This document shows positions 16,150-25,531 of a stretch of 64,000 nucleotides of DNA, piece after piece. The translations under genes and the position numbers were made by a program. Under the pieces are notes generated by a model. That model worked only from the letters and a program-made list of their open reading frames with translations, searched no databases and was not told where the DNA came from. Source of the stretch: an uncultured Rickettsiales bacterium (GTDB lineage: Bacteria > Pseudomonadota > Alphaproteobacteria > Rickettsiales > JALZUV01); contig CAZZJS010000001.1 in the NCBI GenBank assembly GCA_964654855.1, positions 299,899 to 363,898 of the forward strand. Reading direction: 5' to 3'. Numbering within the stretch: position 1 is the stretch's first letter; every line of letters begins with the position of its first letter.

Positions 16150-17316
16150 CTAAGCAGCTTTCTCTAAATTACTGACTAGATCTAGGTGTGCGTTACGCAT
16201 TTCTTGTAGTGCTTCGGTGAGTTGCTTGGGTTGATTGCCTTCAATGGCGATAGCGAGCATATCTAAATGTTTCTCGTAACGCAGAAGCAACCCACTAACC
16301 GCGGCGTAATGTTTGGAAATTAGTTCAACATCGCTATCGGGTGCTTCGGCGGCAGGTGCGGCAACATCGGCAAAGCCAGCGCCGCTATAGCGGGCGAGGC
16401 GTTGGCCAGATTGGCGCTCCAACATTGAGACGGTGGCAATCAAGCAGCTTGCAGCGATACGCGGGAAGAGGATGCGCGCCGCAGTGCCGCAATCTTCAGC
16501 ATCGGCCATTTCTTCTTGCTGGTCTTTGCCTTCGCCGAGTTCTTCGCGAATATGGCTAATCATGGCGATATAGTTCTTCAATGCAGCCAGTACATTAGGT
16601 TGGTTGTTTAAGACGATATCTGCCCATAGTGGCGGGTGGGAATCGCCCAAACGGGTGAAGCGAGAAAGTACACCATCTTCGTCGTTTAATCCGTTTACCG
16701 TCGCTAATGTTGCGGAGGCGGCAAACGCCACGAGATGGGGGAGGTGCGAAACATAGCCATAAACTAAATCGTGAAAGTCAGCAGGCATTAGCTCGATAAC
16801 TGTATCGAGATGGTTCCAAAATGCTTGTACAATTTGCAGTGCTGGATCGTCGATTTCAACACCCATAGGCGGCGTGAGCATGACAAGTTTGCGGGTGAAC
16901 ATATCGGTGTGAGCTGATTCAGGGCCGGCTTGTGTGCCACCGGCAATAGGGTGGCCGGGTACAAAATTGATGTTCTCATCGGCAATGGTTTCGAGATAGC
17001 TCAATACAGGCAGTTTCACGCTTGCGACATCGGTTAGGACGGTATCTTCTTGTAGATGCGGTTTGAGTTGTTCCGTTACTTCGCCCACACAATGCGGTGG
17101 CACGGCCAGGATAATCAAATCACAATCTGCGGCCATTTTCTCTAATGGCACTACGGCGTCGATCATTTCTTCGGCTTGGCAATAACGCAAAGCTTTTTCA
17201 TCCGTGTCCGTTCCATAGAGCGTTGTGCACAAATCTGCATCTTTAATAGCAAGTGCAAGCGAAGCGCCAATATTGCCGAGGCCAATAATACCGATAGTCG
17301 AGAATAGAGTATCCAT
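16150..17316 (-). CDS. tyrC: Prephenate/arogenate (cyclohexadienyl) dehydrogenase with C-terminal extension
   Basis: Rossmann motif IGIIGLGNIGASLA and core GHPIAG...SHLPH. Adjacent to hisC and chorismate mutase. Confidence 0.8.
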   Translation of the reverse strand: MDTLFSTIGIIGLGNIGASLALAIKDADLCTTLYGTDTDEKALRYCQAEEMIDAVVPLEKMAADCDLIILAVPPHCVGEVTEQLKPHLQEDTVLTDVASVKLPVLSYLETIADENINFVPGHPIAGGTQAGPESAHTDMFTRKLVMLTPPMGVEIDDPALQIVQAFWNHLDTVIELMPADFHDLVYGYVSHLPHLVAFAASATLATVNGLNDEDGVLSRFTRLGDSHPPLWADIVLNNQPNVLAALKNYIAMISHIREELGEGKDQQEEMADAEDCGTAARILFPRIAASCLIATVSMLERQSGQRLARYSGAGFADVAAPAAEAPDSDVELISKHYAAVSGLLLRYEKHLDMLAIAIEGNQPKQLTEALQEMRNAHLDLVSNLEKAA

Positions 17317-18392
17317 TAGGCGGTAAAACTCGCTAATGCTTCGAGGAGGAGATCATTTTCTTCCGGCGTACCAATCGAAGCGCGAAGGCATTGCGGCAAG
17401 CCATAAGCGGCAATCTCGCGGATGATAATACCGCGCTCGGTGAGATGGTTATTGGCAGCAGTAGCACGTGCCGGATCTCCAAAGCCGATCATCAAGAAGT
17501 TTCCGTAACCGGGGTGCACGGTGAAACGATCTTGCAGCGCCTCTGTGATACGAGTGCGCTCGGTGCGGTTTACGTCGATAATATGCTGGGTATATTCTGT
17601 ATCGCGGATGGCGGCGATACCCGCAGCCAATGCGGTAGAGTTCACATTAAATGGCCCACGAATACGGTTGAGAATATCAATCATACTTGCCGGCGCATAA
17701 GCCCAACCGAGGCGCAGCGCCGGTAGGCCGTAAGCTTTTGAGAAAGTGTGCAGCGTGATGGTGTTTTCGGTTGTGGCAACGAGTTCGCGGCCATCCGTGT
17801 AATCTTCTTCTTCCATATATTCCGCATAAGCGCCATCAATGGCGAGGATGATATGGTCTGCTAATCCATCACGTAAGCGTTTAACCTCACTCGCGGAAAT
17901 ATAACTTCCTGTTGGATTATTCGGATTAGCGATGAAAACGATTTTTGTTTTCTCTGTTACCGCAGCGAGGAGCGCGTCCACGCTTGTCGTAAAGTTTTCT
18001 TCCGGCGCGGTGCGCGGAACGGCGCCATGGCTGAGTGCATAGATTTTATACATGAGAAACCCATGCTCAGGGTAAAGCACTTCATCGCCTGCATTGGTAT
18101 AAGCTTGAATCAGCATACCGATTAGTTCATCCGAACCCGCACCGCAAATCAATTGGTCAGCGGGCAGGTCTTCAACATCTGCAATGGCGGTGTGTAAGTC
18201 ATGATGGCCAGCAGGGTAACGGAAAAGAGATGCGCTTTGCGCCGTAAAAGCTTCAATCGCTTTCGGGCTAGGGCCAAGTGGGTTCTCGTTGGAGGACAGC
18301 TTTATGATGCGTGTCGCACCCGCGCTGCCGGATTTACCTGCCACATAAGGGCGAATTTTAGTGATGCTGTCTTTAGGGGCTGGGTTAGTCAT
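17316..18392 (-). CDS. hisC: Histidinol-phosphate / aromatic aminotransferase
   Basis: KLSSNENPLGPSP, NPNNPTG, TFSKAYGLPALRLGW (PLP lysine). Start placed at ATG 18392 (MTNPAPKD) rather than the track's 18548. Confidence 0.85.
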   Translation of the reverse strand: MTNPAPKDSITKIRPYVAGKSGSAGATRIIKLSSNENPLGPSPKAIEAFTAQSASLFRYPAGHHDLHTAIADVEDLPADQLICGAGSDELIGMLIQAYTNAGDEVLYPEHGFLMYKIYALSHGAVPRTAPEENFTTSVDALLAAVTEKTKIVFIANPNNPTGSYISASEVKRLRDGLADHIILAIDGAYAEYMEEEDYTDGRELVATTENTITLHTFSKAYGLPALRLGWAYAPASMIDILNRIRGPFNVNSTALAAGIAAIRDTEYTQHIIDVNRTERTRITEALQDRFTVHPGYGNFLMIGFGDPARATAANNHLTERGIIIREIAAYGLPQCLRASIGTPEENDLLLEALASFTA

Positions 18393-19128
18393 CTTTTGAT
18401 ACTCCAATAGGTCTTCCGTAAGTTCCAAGCCATTGCTTATGGCTATTTGTTGTGCCCTCTGCAACATTAGATTTCTGAGGATATTGCGTATGATAGCCAT
18501 CGACTTCTTCAATCGTGCCTGAATCGTCGATAAATAGGCTAATATCATCTCGGCTAGGTTCGGGTGTTAGGTTGGCGGCGGCAAAGGCTTGGCGTTCCGT
18601 GCCGATGAAAGGTAATATCCCGAACACTTTGAGTGTCTCCGGTGCTTCCTTTGCAAAAATCTGCCAATAGTAAGAATCCTCTTCCCAAGGTGGCATAATC
18701 AAAATGCCTGTTGGATTGTCTGCCAGCACTTTCAGCGCATCACGTGCATCGTCAATATAGCTAATCGGCATAAACTGCCCGAAATAAGTCTTTGCAACGG
18801 TTTGACGTTCTTCTGGCGTAATCAGGCGCATTTGTGATTCATGCTGCGTCGAGGCTGAGATAATCTGACGCCAGATGGCCACCGCCGCTTCCGGATGAAA
18901 TTTTGAACCTTCAAACTGTTTGTAAATATCGCGTAGCATATCAGACTCACGGCCCGAGCGAATAAAGCATTGCAGCGTTGCATCGCTACGTTTCAGTTTG
19001 CCCACTTCGCTCACAATTTCGATCCGCCTTTTGAGCAGACGGATCAGCTCATTATCCAGCGTGTCAATCTCCGCGCGGAATCCGTTTAGCTTCTCTTGAG
19101 CCTCATCTGTTAAGGTGCCTGTTGCCAT
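18385..19128 (-). CDS. Chorismate mutase (type II domain) with C-terminal domain of unknown function
   Basis: LNGFRAEIDTLDNELIRLLKRRIEIVSEVGKLKR is a CM_2 helix-1 signature. Start probably MATGTL at 19128 (track gives 19170). Confidence 0.7.
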   Translation of the reverse strand: MATGTLTDEAQEKLNGFRAEIDTLDNELIRLLKRRIEIVSEVGKLKRSDATLQCFIRSGRESDMLRDIYKQFEGSKFHPEAAVAIWRQIISASTQHESQMRLITPEERQTVAKTYFGQFMPISYIDDARDALKVLADNPTGILIMPPWEEDSYYWQIFAKEAPETLKVFGILPFIGTERQAFAAANLTPEPSRDDISLFIDDSGTIEEVDGYHTQYPQKSNVAEGTTNSHKQWLGTYGRPIGVSKDD

Positions 19129-19159
19129 TTCTATGGGAATATGCCTATCTGCAAGCCTT

Positions 19160-20314
19160 ATGGCAATCACAGAAACAATAACTCAGCATTTTGGCGCCGA
19201 TCAGCAACCGTTCGAGGTGGGACGTATTGCTATACTGGCACAGGATGTTCCGTTGAAATTGGATTGCGGTAAAGAAATTTCCAATTTCCCGCTCGCCTTC
19301 CAAACTTACGGCGAATTGAATGCAGAGAAAACCAATGCGATTCTTATTTGCCACGGTTTAACGGCCGATCAATATGTCGCCAGCGAGCATCCTATTACCG
19401 GCAAAGAAGGCTGGTGGGATTTGATGGTAGGGGCGGGCAAGCCTATTGATACGGATAAGTTTTACGTGATTTGCGGCAATGTGCTCGGTGGATGTATGGG
19501 AAGCTATGGCCCACGGAGCCTCGATGAAAATGGCAAGCCGCTCGGCCTAAACTTTCCTGTTGTGACGATGGGCGATATGGCTCGCGCGCAAGCGCTACTA
19601 CTTGATGTGTTAGGAATTGATACGCTTGCGGCTGTCATCGGTGGTTCTGTCGGCGGTATGCAGGCGCTCGCTTGGGCGGCGCTTTATCCTAACCGTTTTC
19701 GAAATTTCGTAGGGGTGGCGACGGGCGGTTCTCTTTCGCCGCAGGGAATCGCCTTTAACGAGATTGGTCGCCAAGCCATCATGGTCGATGAAGGCTGGCA
19801 AGAAGGTGATTATGCGGGCAAAGGAGAGTTTCCTTCTAAGGGGCTCGCTGTTGCTCGCATGGCAGCCCATGTCACTTACCTTTCAGAAGAGGGACTGCAC
19901 CATAAATTTGGGCGTGACTTGCAAGAGAAAGACAATGTCAGCTACGGCTTTGATGCAGATTTTCAGATTGAAAGTTACTTGCGTTATCAGGGAAAAAACT
20001 TTGTGAACCGTTTTGATCCGATTAGCTATTTCTACATTACCCGCGCGATGGATTATTTCGATATCTCGCAATATGGAAAGTTAAGTGAACTCTTCGCACC
20101 ATGTCGCGATAAGCGTTTCTTGTTGCTCTCATTTTCTACCGATTGGTTGTTTCCAACCGAGAAAGTGCGCGATCTCGTGCGTGGCTTAAATGCTGCCGGA
20201 GTACCGGTGAGTTTCGCTGAAATCGAAACGGATAAAGGTCATGATGGCTTCTTGCTCGCCAATGAAGATTACGAAAATGCTGTATCCGGTTTCTTGAAAG
20301 GAATTGAGATATGA
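19160..20314 (+). CDS. metX: Homoserine O-acetyltransferase
   Basis: NAILICHGLTADQY, GGSVGGMQAL (nucleophile elbow), DWLFP, GHDGFL. Start at ATG 19160 (MAITETIT). Confidence 0.9.
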   Translation: MAITETITQHFGADQQPFEVGRIAILAQDVPLKLDCGKEISNFPLAFQTYGELNAEKTNAILICHGLTADQYVASEHPITGKEGWWDLMVGAGKPIDTDKFYVICGNVLGGCMGSYGPRSLDENGKPLGLNFPVVTMGDMARAQALLLDVLGIDTLAAVIGGSVGGMQALAWAALYPNRFRNFVGVATGGSLSPQGIAFNEIGRQAIMVDEGWQEGDYAGKGEFPSKGLAVARMAAHVTYLSEEGLHHKFGRDLQEKDNVSYGFDADFQIESYLRYQGKNFVNRFDPISYFYITRAMDYFDISQYGKLSELFAPCRDKRFLLLSFSTDWLFPTEKVRDLVRGLNAAGVPVSFAEIETDKGHDGFLLANEDYENAVSGFLKGIEI

Positions 20315-20916
20315 GCCAGTTACGCGCCGATTTACGAGTGATGGCGAATCTCGTGCCAGAAGGTTCCACCGTGTTAGATATCGGTTGCGGTGGTGGTGAG
20401 CTGCTCGCTTGGCTAACCAAAGAACGCGCAGTCGATGGCCGTGGCTTGGAGTTGGCGGTGGATAAGGTGAATGAATGTATTGCTCAAGGTTTATCTGTTA
20501 CTCAAGCGGATGCGCAAATTGAACTGCCGTATTTCGCCGATAATGGCTTTGATATTAGCATCCTAAGCCGTACCCTTCAGGCGATGCAAGACCCTGTTGA
20601 GTTGCTAAAACAAGTCACGCGTGTGGGTAAGCAAGCCATTGTATCTATTCCCAATTTTGGCTATTGGCGTAATCGTGTGCATTTGGGGGTTACGGGACAT
20701 ATGCCAGTGACGAGTACCTTGCGTTACCAATGGTATGATACGCCCAATATCCACTTCTGCACCATCCGTGATTTTATCGAACTTTGCGCGCAATTGGATA
20801 TTACCATTAAGCGTCAAGTCTTCCATAATTCTGCGGGGAAAGAGGCAGCTTATTTCGGTAATGTAAGCCTCGCTAACTTGCTTGCTGAGCAGGCGACATT
20901 TTTGATTGAGAAATAA
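20311..20916 (+). CDS. metW: Methionine biosynthesis protein MetW
   Basis: Follows metX with an ATGA overlap. VLDIGCGGGELL SAM-methyltransferase-like motif and a MetW-like body (SIPNFGYWRNR). Confidence 0.85.
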   Translation: MSQLRADLRVMANLVPEGSTVLDIGCGGGELLAWLTKERAVDGRGLELAVDKVNECIAQGLSVTQADAQIELPYFADNGFDISILSRTLQAMQDPVELLKQVTRVGKQAIVSIPNFGYWRNRVHLGVTGHMPVTSTLRYQWYDTPNIHFCTIRDFIELCAQLDITIKRQVFHNSAGKEAAYFGNVSLANLLAEQATFLIEK

Positions 20917-21910
20917 GCGCGAGGATTTTCTTCTCGGTGCGTGATAGGGGGAGAGTGGAAATCTCCTTTGCCGTTTTCCACTGCCACTCAGAATGACTCT
21001 CAGAAATCTTAAATTGATGGATATTTGCTTCTAAAATAAAATGACTATACGCGTGAGATATATTTCCAATATAATTTTTATTATCAAAAGCATATTCTTT
21101 ATTATTAAATATATAGTTTAATTCATTTTGTTCTATCTCAGGGAACTCCCATAGCCCATGTAAGAAGCGTGTTTCGCGCGGACGGACGGCGTAACGATCT
21201 TGTGAATCACGTAATAATAGGATGTTCTTTTTACGCGTCGGAATCGCCTTCTTTGCCTTCTTTTGTGGATAGCTTTCGGGAGAGTGTTTGCCCTCACAAA
21301 TCATATTCGCAGGGCAGCTATCGCAGGAAGGGTTTTTCGGAGTGCAAATAGAGGAGCCAACATCCATCATCGCCTGATTATAATCGAATGGGTTTTCCGA
21401 GTTCAGCAAGCTTTCCGCTTTTGTCCAAAGTTCTTTATCGCTCGGTGTTTCCAGCGCGAAGATACGGGCGACCACACGTTTCACATTCGCTTCTAATATC
21501 GCCACCGGTTGATGAAAGGCGAAAGCAGCCACGGCTCGCGCGGTGTTTTGGCCGATGCCCGGTAGCTTGATGAGCGCATCTGGTTCGGCGGGAAGGGTGT
21601 TGAGTCCCGCAGCAGCCACTTGCTGCGCTGCTTTATGCAAATTTTTCGCTCGGCTGTAATAGCCTAAACCCTGCCAGAGCTGTAGCACATCTTGTAGATC
21701 AGCTTCGGCTAGTGCGTTAATGCTGGGAAAGCGCTCTAGGAAAGGAAAGTAGAAGCGTTCTAAAACTGTCTTCACTTGCGTTTGTTGAAGCATCACTTCG
21801 CTTAGCCAAATAGCGTAAGGGTCTTGCGTTTTGCGCCACGGTAATTCGTGGCGGCCATTGGTTTGGTACCATTTATCGAGCGCGTTATGGAATGGCTTAA
21901 CTTGCGGCAC
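20873..21910 (-). CDS. mutY: A/G-specific adenine DNA glycosylase
   Basis: YAIWLSEVMLQQTQV, LPGIGQNTARAV (HhH), and C-x6-C-x2-C-x5-C Fe-S cluster (CTPKNPSCDSCPANMIC). Confidence 0.85.
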   Translation of the reverse strand: MPQVKPFHNALDKWYQTNGRHELPWRKTQDPYAIWLSEVMLQQTQVKTVLERFYFPFLERFPSINALAEADLQDVLQLWQGLGYYSRAKNLHKAAQQVAAAGLNTLPAEPDALIKLPGIGQNTARAVAAFAFHQPVAILEANVKRVVARIFALETPSDKELWTKAESLLNSENPFDYNQAMMDVGSSICTPKNPSCDSCPANMICEGKHSPESYPQKKAKKAIPTRKKNILLLRDSQDRYAVRPRETRFLHGLWEFPEIEQNELNYIFNNKEYAFDNKNYIGNISHAYSHFILEANIHQFKISESHSEWQWKTAKEISTLPLSRTEKKILALISQSKMSPAQQAS

Positions 21911-22874
21911 GATTATCTGGGAATTCCGGTAATTTGCTACGCACTTGTTTGGGTAGGTTGAAGGTCATCGTTTCCGCTTCGCCCTTCTGTAGCTGTACCG
22001 TCGCAGGACGTTTGGTTTTGATGTGCTCGATTAGTTCATCCATTAAAATTTCAGGGGCAGAAGCTCCAGCTGTAAGGCCAATGACTTTAGGGTGTTTTAG
22101 CCATTCATCCTGACATTCGGATACATCATTGATGAGATAAGAGGGGATGCCTATTTCCTCGCCCAAATCGCGTAAACGATTAGAGTTTGAACTATTTGCT
22201 GCACCGATAACGAGGAGTAAATCTACGTTACCCAGCATGTCTTTGACCGAGTTCTGACGGTTTTGTGTGGCATAACAAATATCTTCCACATCTGGCCCGT
22301 CAATATGCGGATAGCGTTTGCGTAAGGCGCTCACAATATCTGCCGTATCATCAACACTGAGTGTCGTTTGGGTAACAAATGAAAGCGGGATATCTTCAGC
22401 AATATCGAGTTTTTCGACAGCCTCGACTGTATCTACCAAATGCATCGGTTTATCTGTTCGTCCCATTGTGCCGACCACTTCTGGGTGCCCTTCATGGCCG
22501 ATAAGGATAAGCGTGTGGCCTTCCTTTTCATAACGGCGAGCTTGGTTATGCACTTTGGTCACGAGCGGGCAGGTAGCATCAATCGCTGGCATATTACGAC
22601 GCTCTGCTTCAAGCTCTACCTTGCGGGCGATGCCATGGGCGCTGAAAACGGTGATGGCATTATCGGGCACTTGATCGAGTTCTTTGACGAAAATAACGCC
22701 TTTGGATTTTAAATCCTCAACCACCCATTTATTATGCACAATCTCGTGGCGCACATAAACGGGAGCACCGTACAGCTTTAATGCTTCTTCAACAATTTCG
22801 ATTGCACGCACCACGCCTGCGCAAAACCCACGCGGTTGTGCGAGCAAAAGGGTGACAGGTTCATTATTCATCAT
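21897..22874 (-). CDS. ispH: 4-hydroxy-3-methylbut-2-enyl diphosphate reductase
   Basis: RGFCAGVVRAIE, HEIVHN, DATCPLVTKVH, HPE, SSNSNRL. Confidence 0.9.
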   Translation of the reverse strand: MMNNEPVTLLLAQPRGFCAGVVRAIEIVEEALKLYGAPVYVRHEIVHNKWVVEDLKSKGVIFVKELDQVPDNAITVFSAHGIARKVELEAERRNMPAIDATCPLVTKVHNQARRYEKEGHTLILIGHEGHPEVVGTMGRTDKPMHLVDTVEAVEKLDIAEDIPLSFVTQTTLSVDDTADIVSALRKRYPHIDGPDVEDICYATQNRQNSVKDMLGNVDLLLVIGAANSSNSNRLRDLGEEIGIPSYLINDVSECQDEWLKHPKVIGLTAGASAPEILMDELIEHIKTKRPATVQLQKGEAETMTFNLPKQVRSKLPEFPDNRAAS

Positions 22875-22894
22875 GGAGGCTAGTCTAGTACGAG

Positions 22895-24007
22895 TTACGC
22901 GTGATGAGAAGCGCCAAGATACAAGCTAGATTGCATTTCTATCAAACGTGACACGGTGCGTTGGAATTCAAAGCTGCCATCGCCATGAGGATAGAGGTCA
23001 TGGGCAGAAACTTCTGCGCTGCAAATCAAACGAGTGCGATGCTCGTAAAGGGCGTCCACTAATAGAACAAAACGCTTCGCCTCGTTACGGTTATCTGCGG
23101 TCATTTTAGGGATTCCGGTAAGGAATAACGTGTGGAATTCTGCTGCGAGCGTGTTGTAATCCTCAGCGCCGAGCGCGGCTTCACAAAGTTCTGCAAAGCT
23201 TGCCCATGCCATGCCATCAGCCGTTTTATTTAGAGTGAGATTGCGGCCTTTTACATGCAAAATAGCAGCTTGGGGTGAATGCTGGGTGAGGGAATTAAAT
23301 AATTTTTTCATCGGTTCTATATTGGTGGATGGCTTGAAATAGACTTTACTGCCTTCGATTTTTTCTAATCGATAATCAGTATCATGGTCGAGGGAGATAA
23401 TTTCAAAACGTTGTTTTACCAATTCGATAAACGGTAAAAAGGAGTTGCGCTGTAGGCCATTTTGATAAAGCCCATCTGGCGGGCGGTTACTAGTGGTAAT
23501 GGTGATGACACCTTGCTCAACCAGCGCTTCAAATAGGCGTGAGAGGATCATCGCATCGGCAATATCATGTACTTGAAACTCATCAAGACAGAGGATTTGA
23601 CAATGACTCGCAAATTCCTCAGCAATAATGGGGAGCGGGTCCTCCTCGCCGGGGTTAGATTGGCGAAATTCGTAAAGTGCTTCGTGAATTTCGGTCATGA
23701 AGGCATGAAAGTGAATACGGCGCGCGAGGATAGGTTTTGGCAGATGGTCGTAAAACAAATCCATCAACATGGATTTACCGCGCCCAACATCGCCCCATAG
23801 ATAAATGCCTTTAATAAAGCGCTCATGCACTTCGCGGTTTAGCCACCCCATAAAAGAGAAGGGCGTTTTAGGACGATTTTGTAAATCATGCAGAAGCGCC
23901 TCAAAATGCATGAGAATTTCACGCTGTGCGAGGTCATCCTGCCAACCATCGTTGGTCAGTAATGCTTCATAAGCTTGCGTTAGAGATTGATTTTGCGTAT
24001 CAGCCAT
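22895..24007 (-). CDS. zapE: Cell division protein ZapE (AFG1-family ATPase)
   Basis: GIYLWGDVGRGKSMLMD Walker A, LCLDEFQVHDIADAM Walker B, about 370 aa. Confidence 0.8.
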   Translation of the reverse strand: MADTQNQSLTQAYEALLTNDGWQDDLAQREILMHFEALLHDLQNRPKTPFSFMGWLNREVHERFIKGIYLWGDVGRGKSMLMDLFYDHLPKPILARRIHFHAFMTEIHEALYEFRQSNPGEEDPLPIIAEEFASHCQILCLDEFQVHDIADAMILSRLFEALVEQGVITITTSNRPPDGLYQNGLQRNSFLPFIELVKQRFEIISLDHDTDYRLEKIEGSKVYFKPSTNIEPMKKLFNSLTQHSPQAAILHVKGRNLTLNKTADGMAWASFAELCEAALGAEDYNTLAAEFHTLFLTGIPKMTADNRNEAKRFVLLVDALYEHRTRLICSAEVSAHDLYPHGDGSFEFQRTVSRLIEMQSSLYLGASHHA

Positions 24008-24012
24008 GAGGT

Positions 24013-24867
24013 ATGGTTAAGGTCATTCATAATGTTCAATCTTTACGCGCCGAACTGGATGAGCGCAAGAGGGCGGGTGAGTCTATTGGCTTTGTGCCGA
24101 CAATGGGCGCCTTGCATGAGGGGCATTTGTCACTGGTTCGCCTTGCGCATCAACATGCTGATACGGTGGTGGTGAGTATTTTTGTGAACCCTACACAATT
24201 CGCACCGGATGAAGATTTTGATACTTACCCACGTACCGCAGAGAGCGATACTGCCAAGCTAGAGGCTGAGAAGGTGGATGTAATCTATCTGCCAAGTGTG
24301 AAAGACCTTTATCCGGATGGTGTAAAAATTACGGTAAAGGCAGAATCGAAATTGACGCAAAATCTTTGTGCGGAGTACCGCCCTGGCTTTTTCGACGGGG
24401 TAGCGACGGTGGTCTCTCGCCTTTTTGCACAAGTGCAGCCTGATATAGCGGTGTTTGGTGAGAAGGATTACCAGCAGTTACAGGTTATCAGCCGTATGGT
24501 GGCTGATTTGGATCTGCCTATCAAGATTATCGGCGCACCGATTGCGCGTGAACCTAATGGTTTGGCGCTTTCTTCGCGTAATGCTTATTTGAATGATAGG
24601 GAGCAATCTATCGCTCCAAAACTCCAGCAAATAATGCAGCAAGTGGCGGTGGATGTTCAAACGAAGACAGCGGCGCAAGTTTTAGAACAGGCGAAAGTAG
24701 CCCTTGTAGAGCAGGGGTTTGACTCTGTTGATTATATCGAGCTGGTCGATGCGCAGACTTTACAGCCTATGACTCAACTAGATAGACCTGCGCGCTTGCT
24801 TGCGGCGGCGTGGCTTGGTAAGACTCGCTTGATTGATAATATTGCCGTGGAGTTCCCTCATGAATAA
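24013..24867 (+). CDS. panC: Pantoate--beta-alanine ligase
   Basis: GFVPTMGALHEGHLSLV, FVNPTQF, FGEKDYQQL. Confidence 0.9.
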   Translation: MVKVIHNVQSLRAELDERKRAGESIGFVPTMGALHEGHLSLVRLAHQHADTVVVSIFVNPTQFAPDEDFDTYPRTAESDTAKLEAEKVDVIYLPSVKDLYPDGVKITVKAESKLTQNLCAEYRPGFFDGVATVVSRLFAQVQPDIAVFGEKDYQQLQVISRMVADLDLPIKIIGAPIAREPNGLALSSRNAYLNDREQSIAPKLQQIMQQVAVDVQTKTAAQVLEQAKVALVEQGFDSVDYIELVDAQTLQPMTQLDRPARLLAAAWLGKTRLIDNIAVEFPHE

Positions 24868-25453
24868 AGACGAAATCATTGCAGAGTTTGAAGCAGCAGA
24901 AGCTATTTTAAACGGTCATTTTATTCTTTCTTCAGGGCGCCACTCCGATACGTATCTGCAATGTGCGCGCGTGCTGATGGAGCCTTCTCGTTCAACAAAG
25001 CTTGTGGCAGCACTGGTTGAGAAAATGAAGGCTACGATTGATATAGATGCGATTGATGTTGTTGCCGCACCAGCGATGGGTGGCCTAGTTGTTGGCTGTG
25101 AGGTCGCGCGTCAGCTTGATAAGCCTTATATTTTTTGCGAACGTGTGGAAGGTAAATTCGCCTTTCGCCGTGGGTTTGATATGAAAGCAAATGCAAAAGT
25201 TTTGGTGGTAGAGGATGTCGTTACAACCGGCCTTTCTTCACGCGAAGCCTTTGCGTGTATCGAACAAGCAGGCGGCCAAGTGGTGGCAGAAGTTTCGTTA
25301 GTAGATCGTAGCAACGGGAAAGTAGATCTCAATGTGCCATTTGTTCCGCTATTAGCGATGGAAGTGGTCTCTTATGAAGCCGATAACTTACCAGATCACT
25401 TAAAAGGTACGGAAGCCTATAAGCCCGGTAGTCGTGGGTTAAAGAGCGCTTAA
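24860..25453 (+). CDS. pyrE: Orotate phosphoribosyltransferase
   Basis: HFILSSGRHSDTYLQC and PRPP motif VLVVEDVVTTGLS. Start at ATG 24860, overlapping the panC stop. Confidence 0.85.
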   Translation: MNKDEIIAEFEAAEAILNGHFILSSGRHSDTYLQCARVLMEPSRSTKLVAALVEKMKATIDIDAIDVVAAPAMGGLVVGCEVARQLDKPYIFCERVEGKFAFRRGFDMKANAKVLVVEDVVTTGLSSREAFACIEQAGGQVVAEVSLVDRSNGKVDLNVPFVPLLAMEVVSYEADNLPDHLKGTEAYKPGSRGLKSA

Positions 25454-25531
25454 TTGCAAATATTAACAGGTTTTTAGTAAAATTTAGCAAGTGTTAACTT
25501 ATTTTTAAACCTACTGTATTAATATGAGAAT

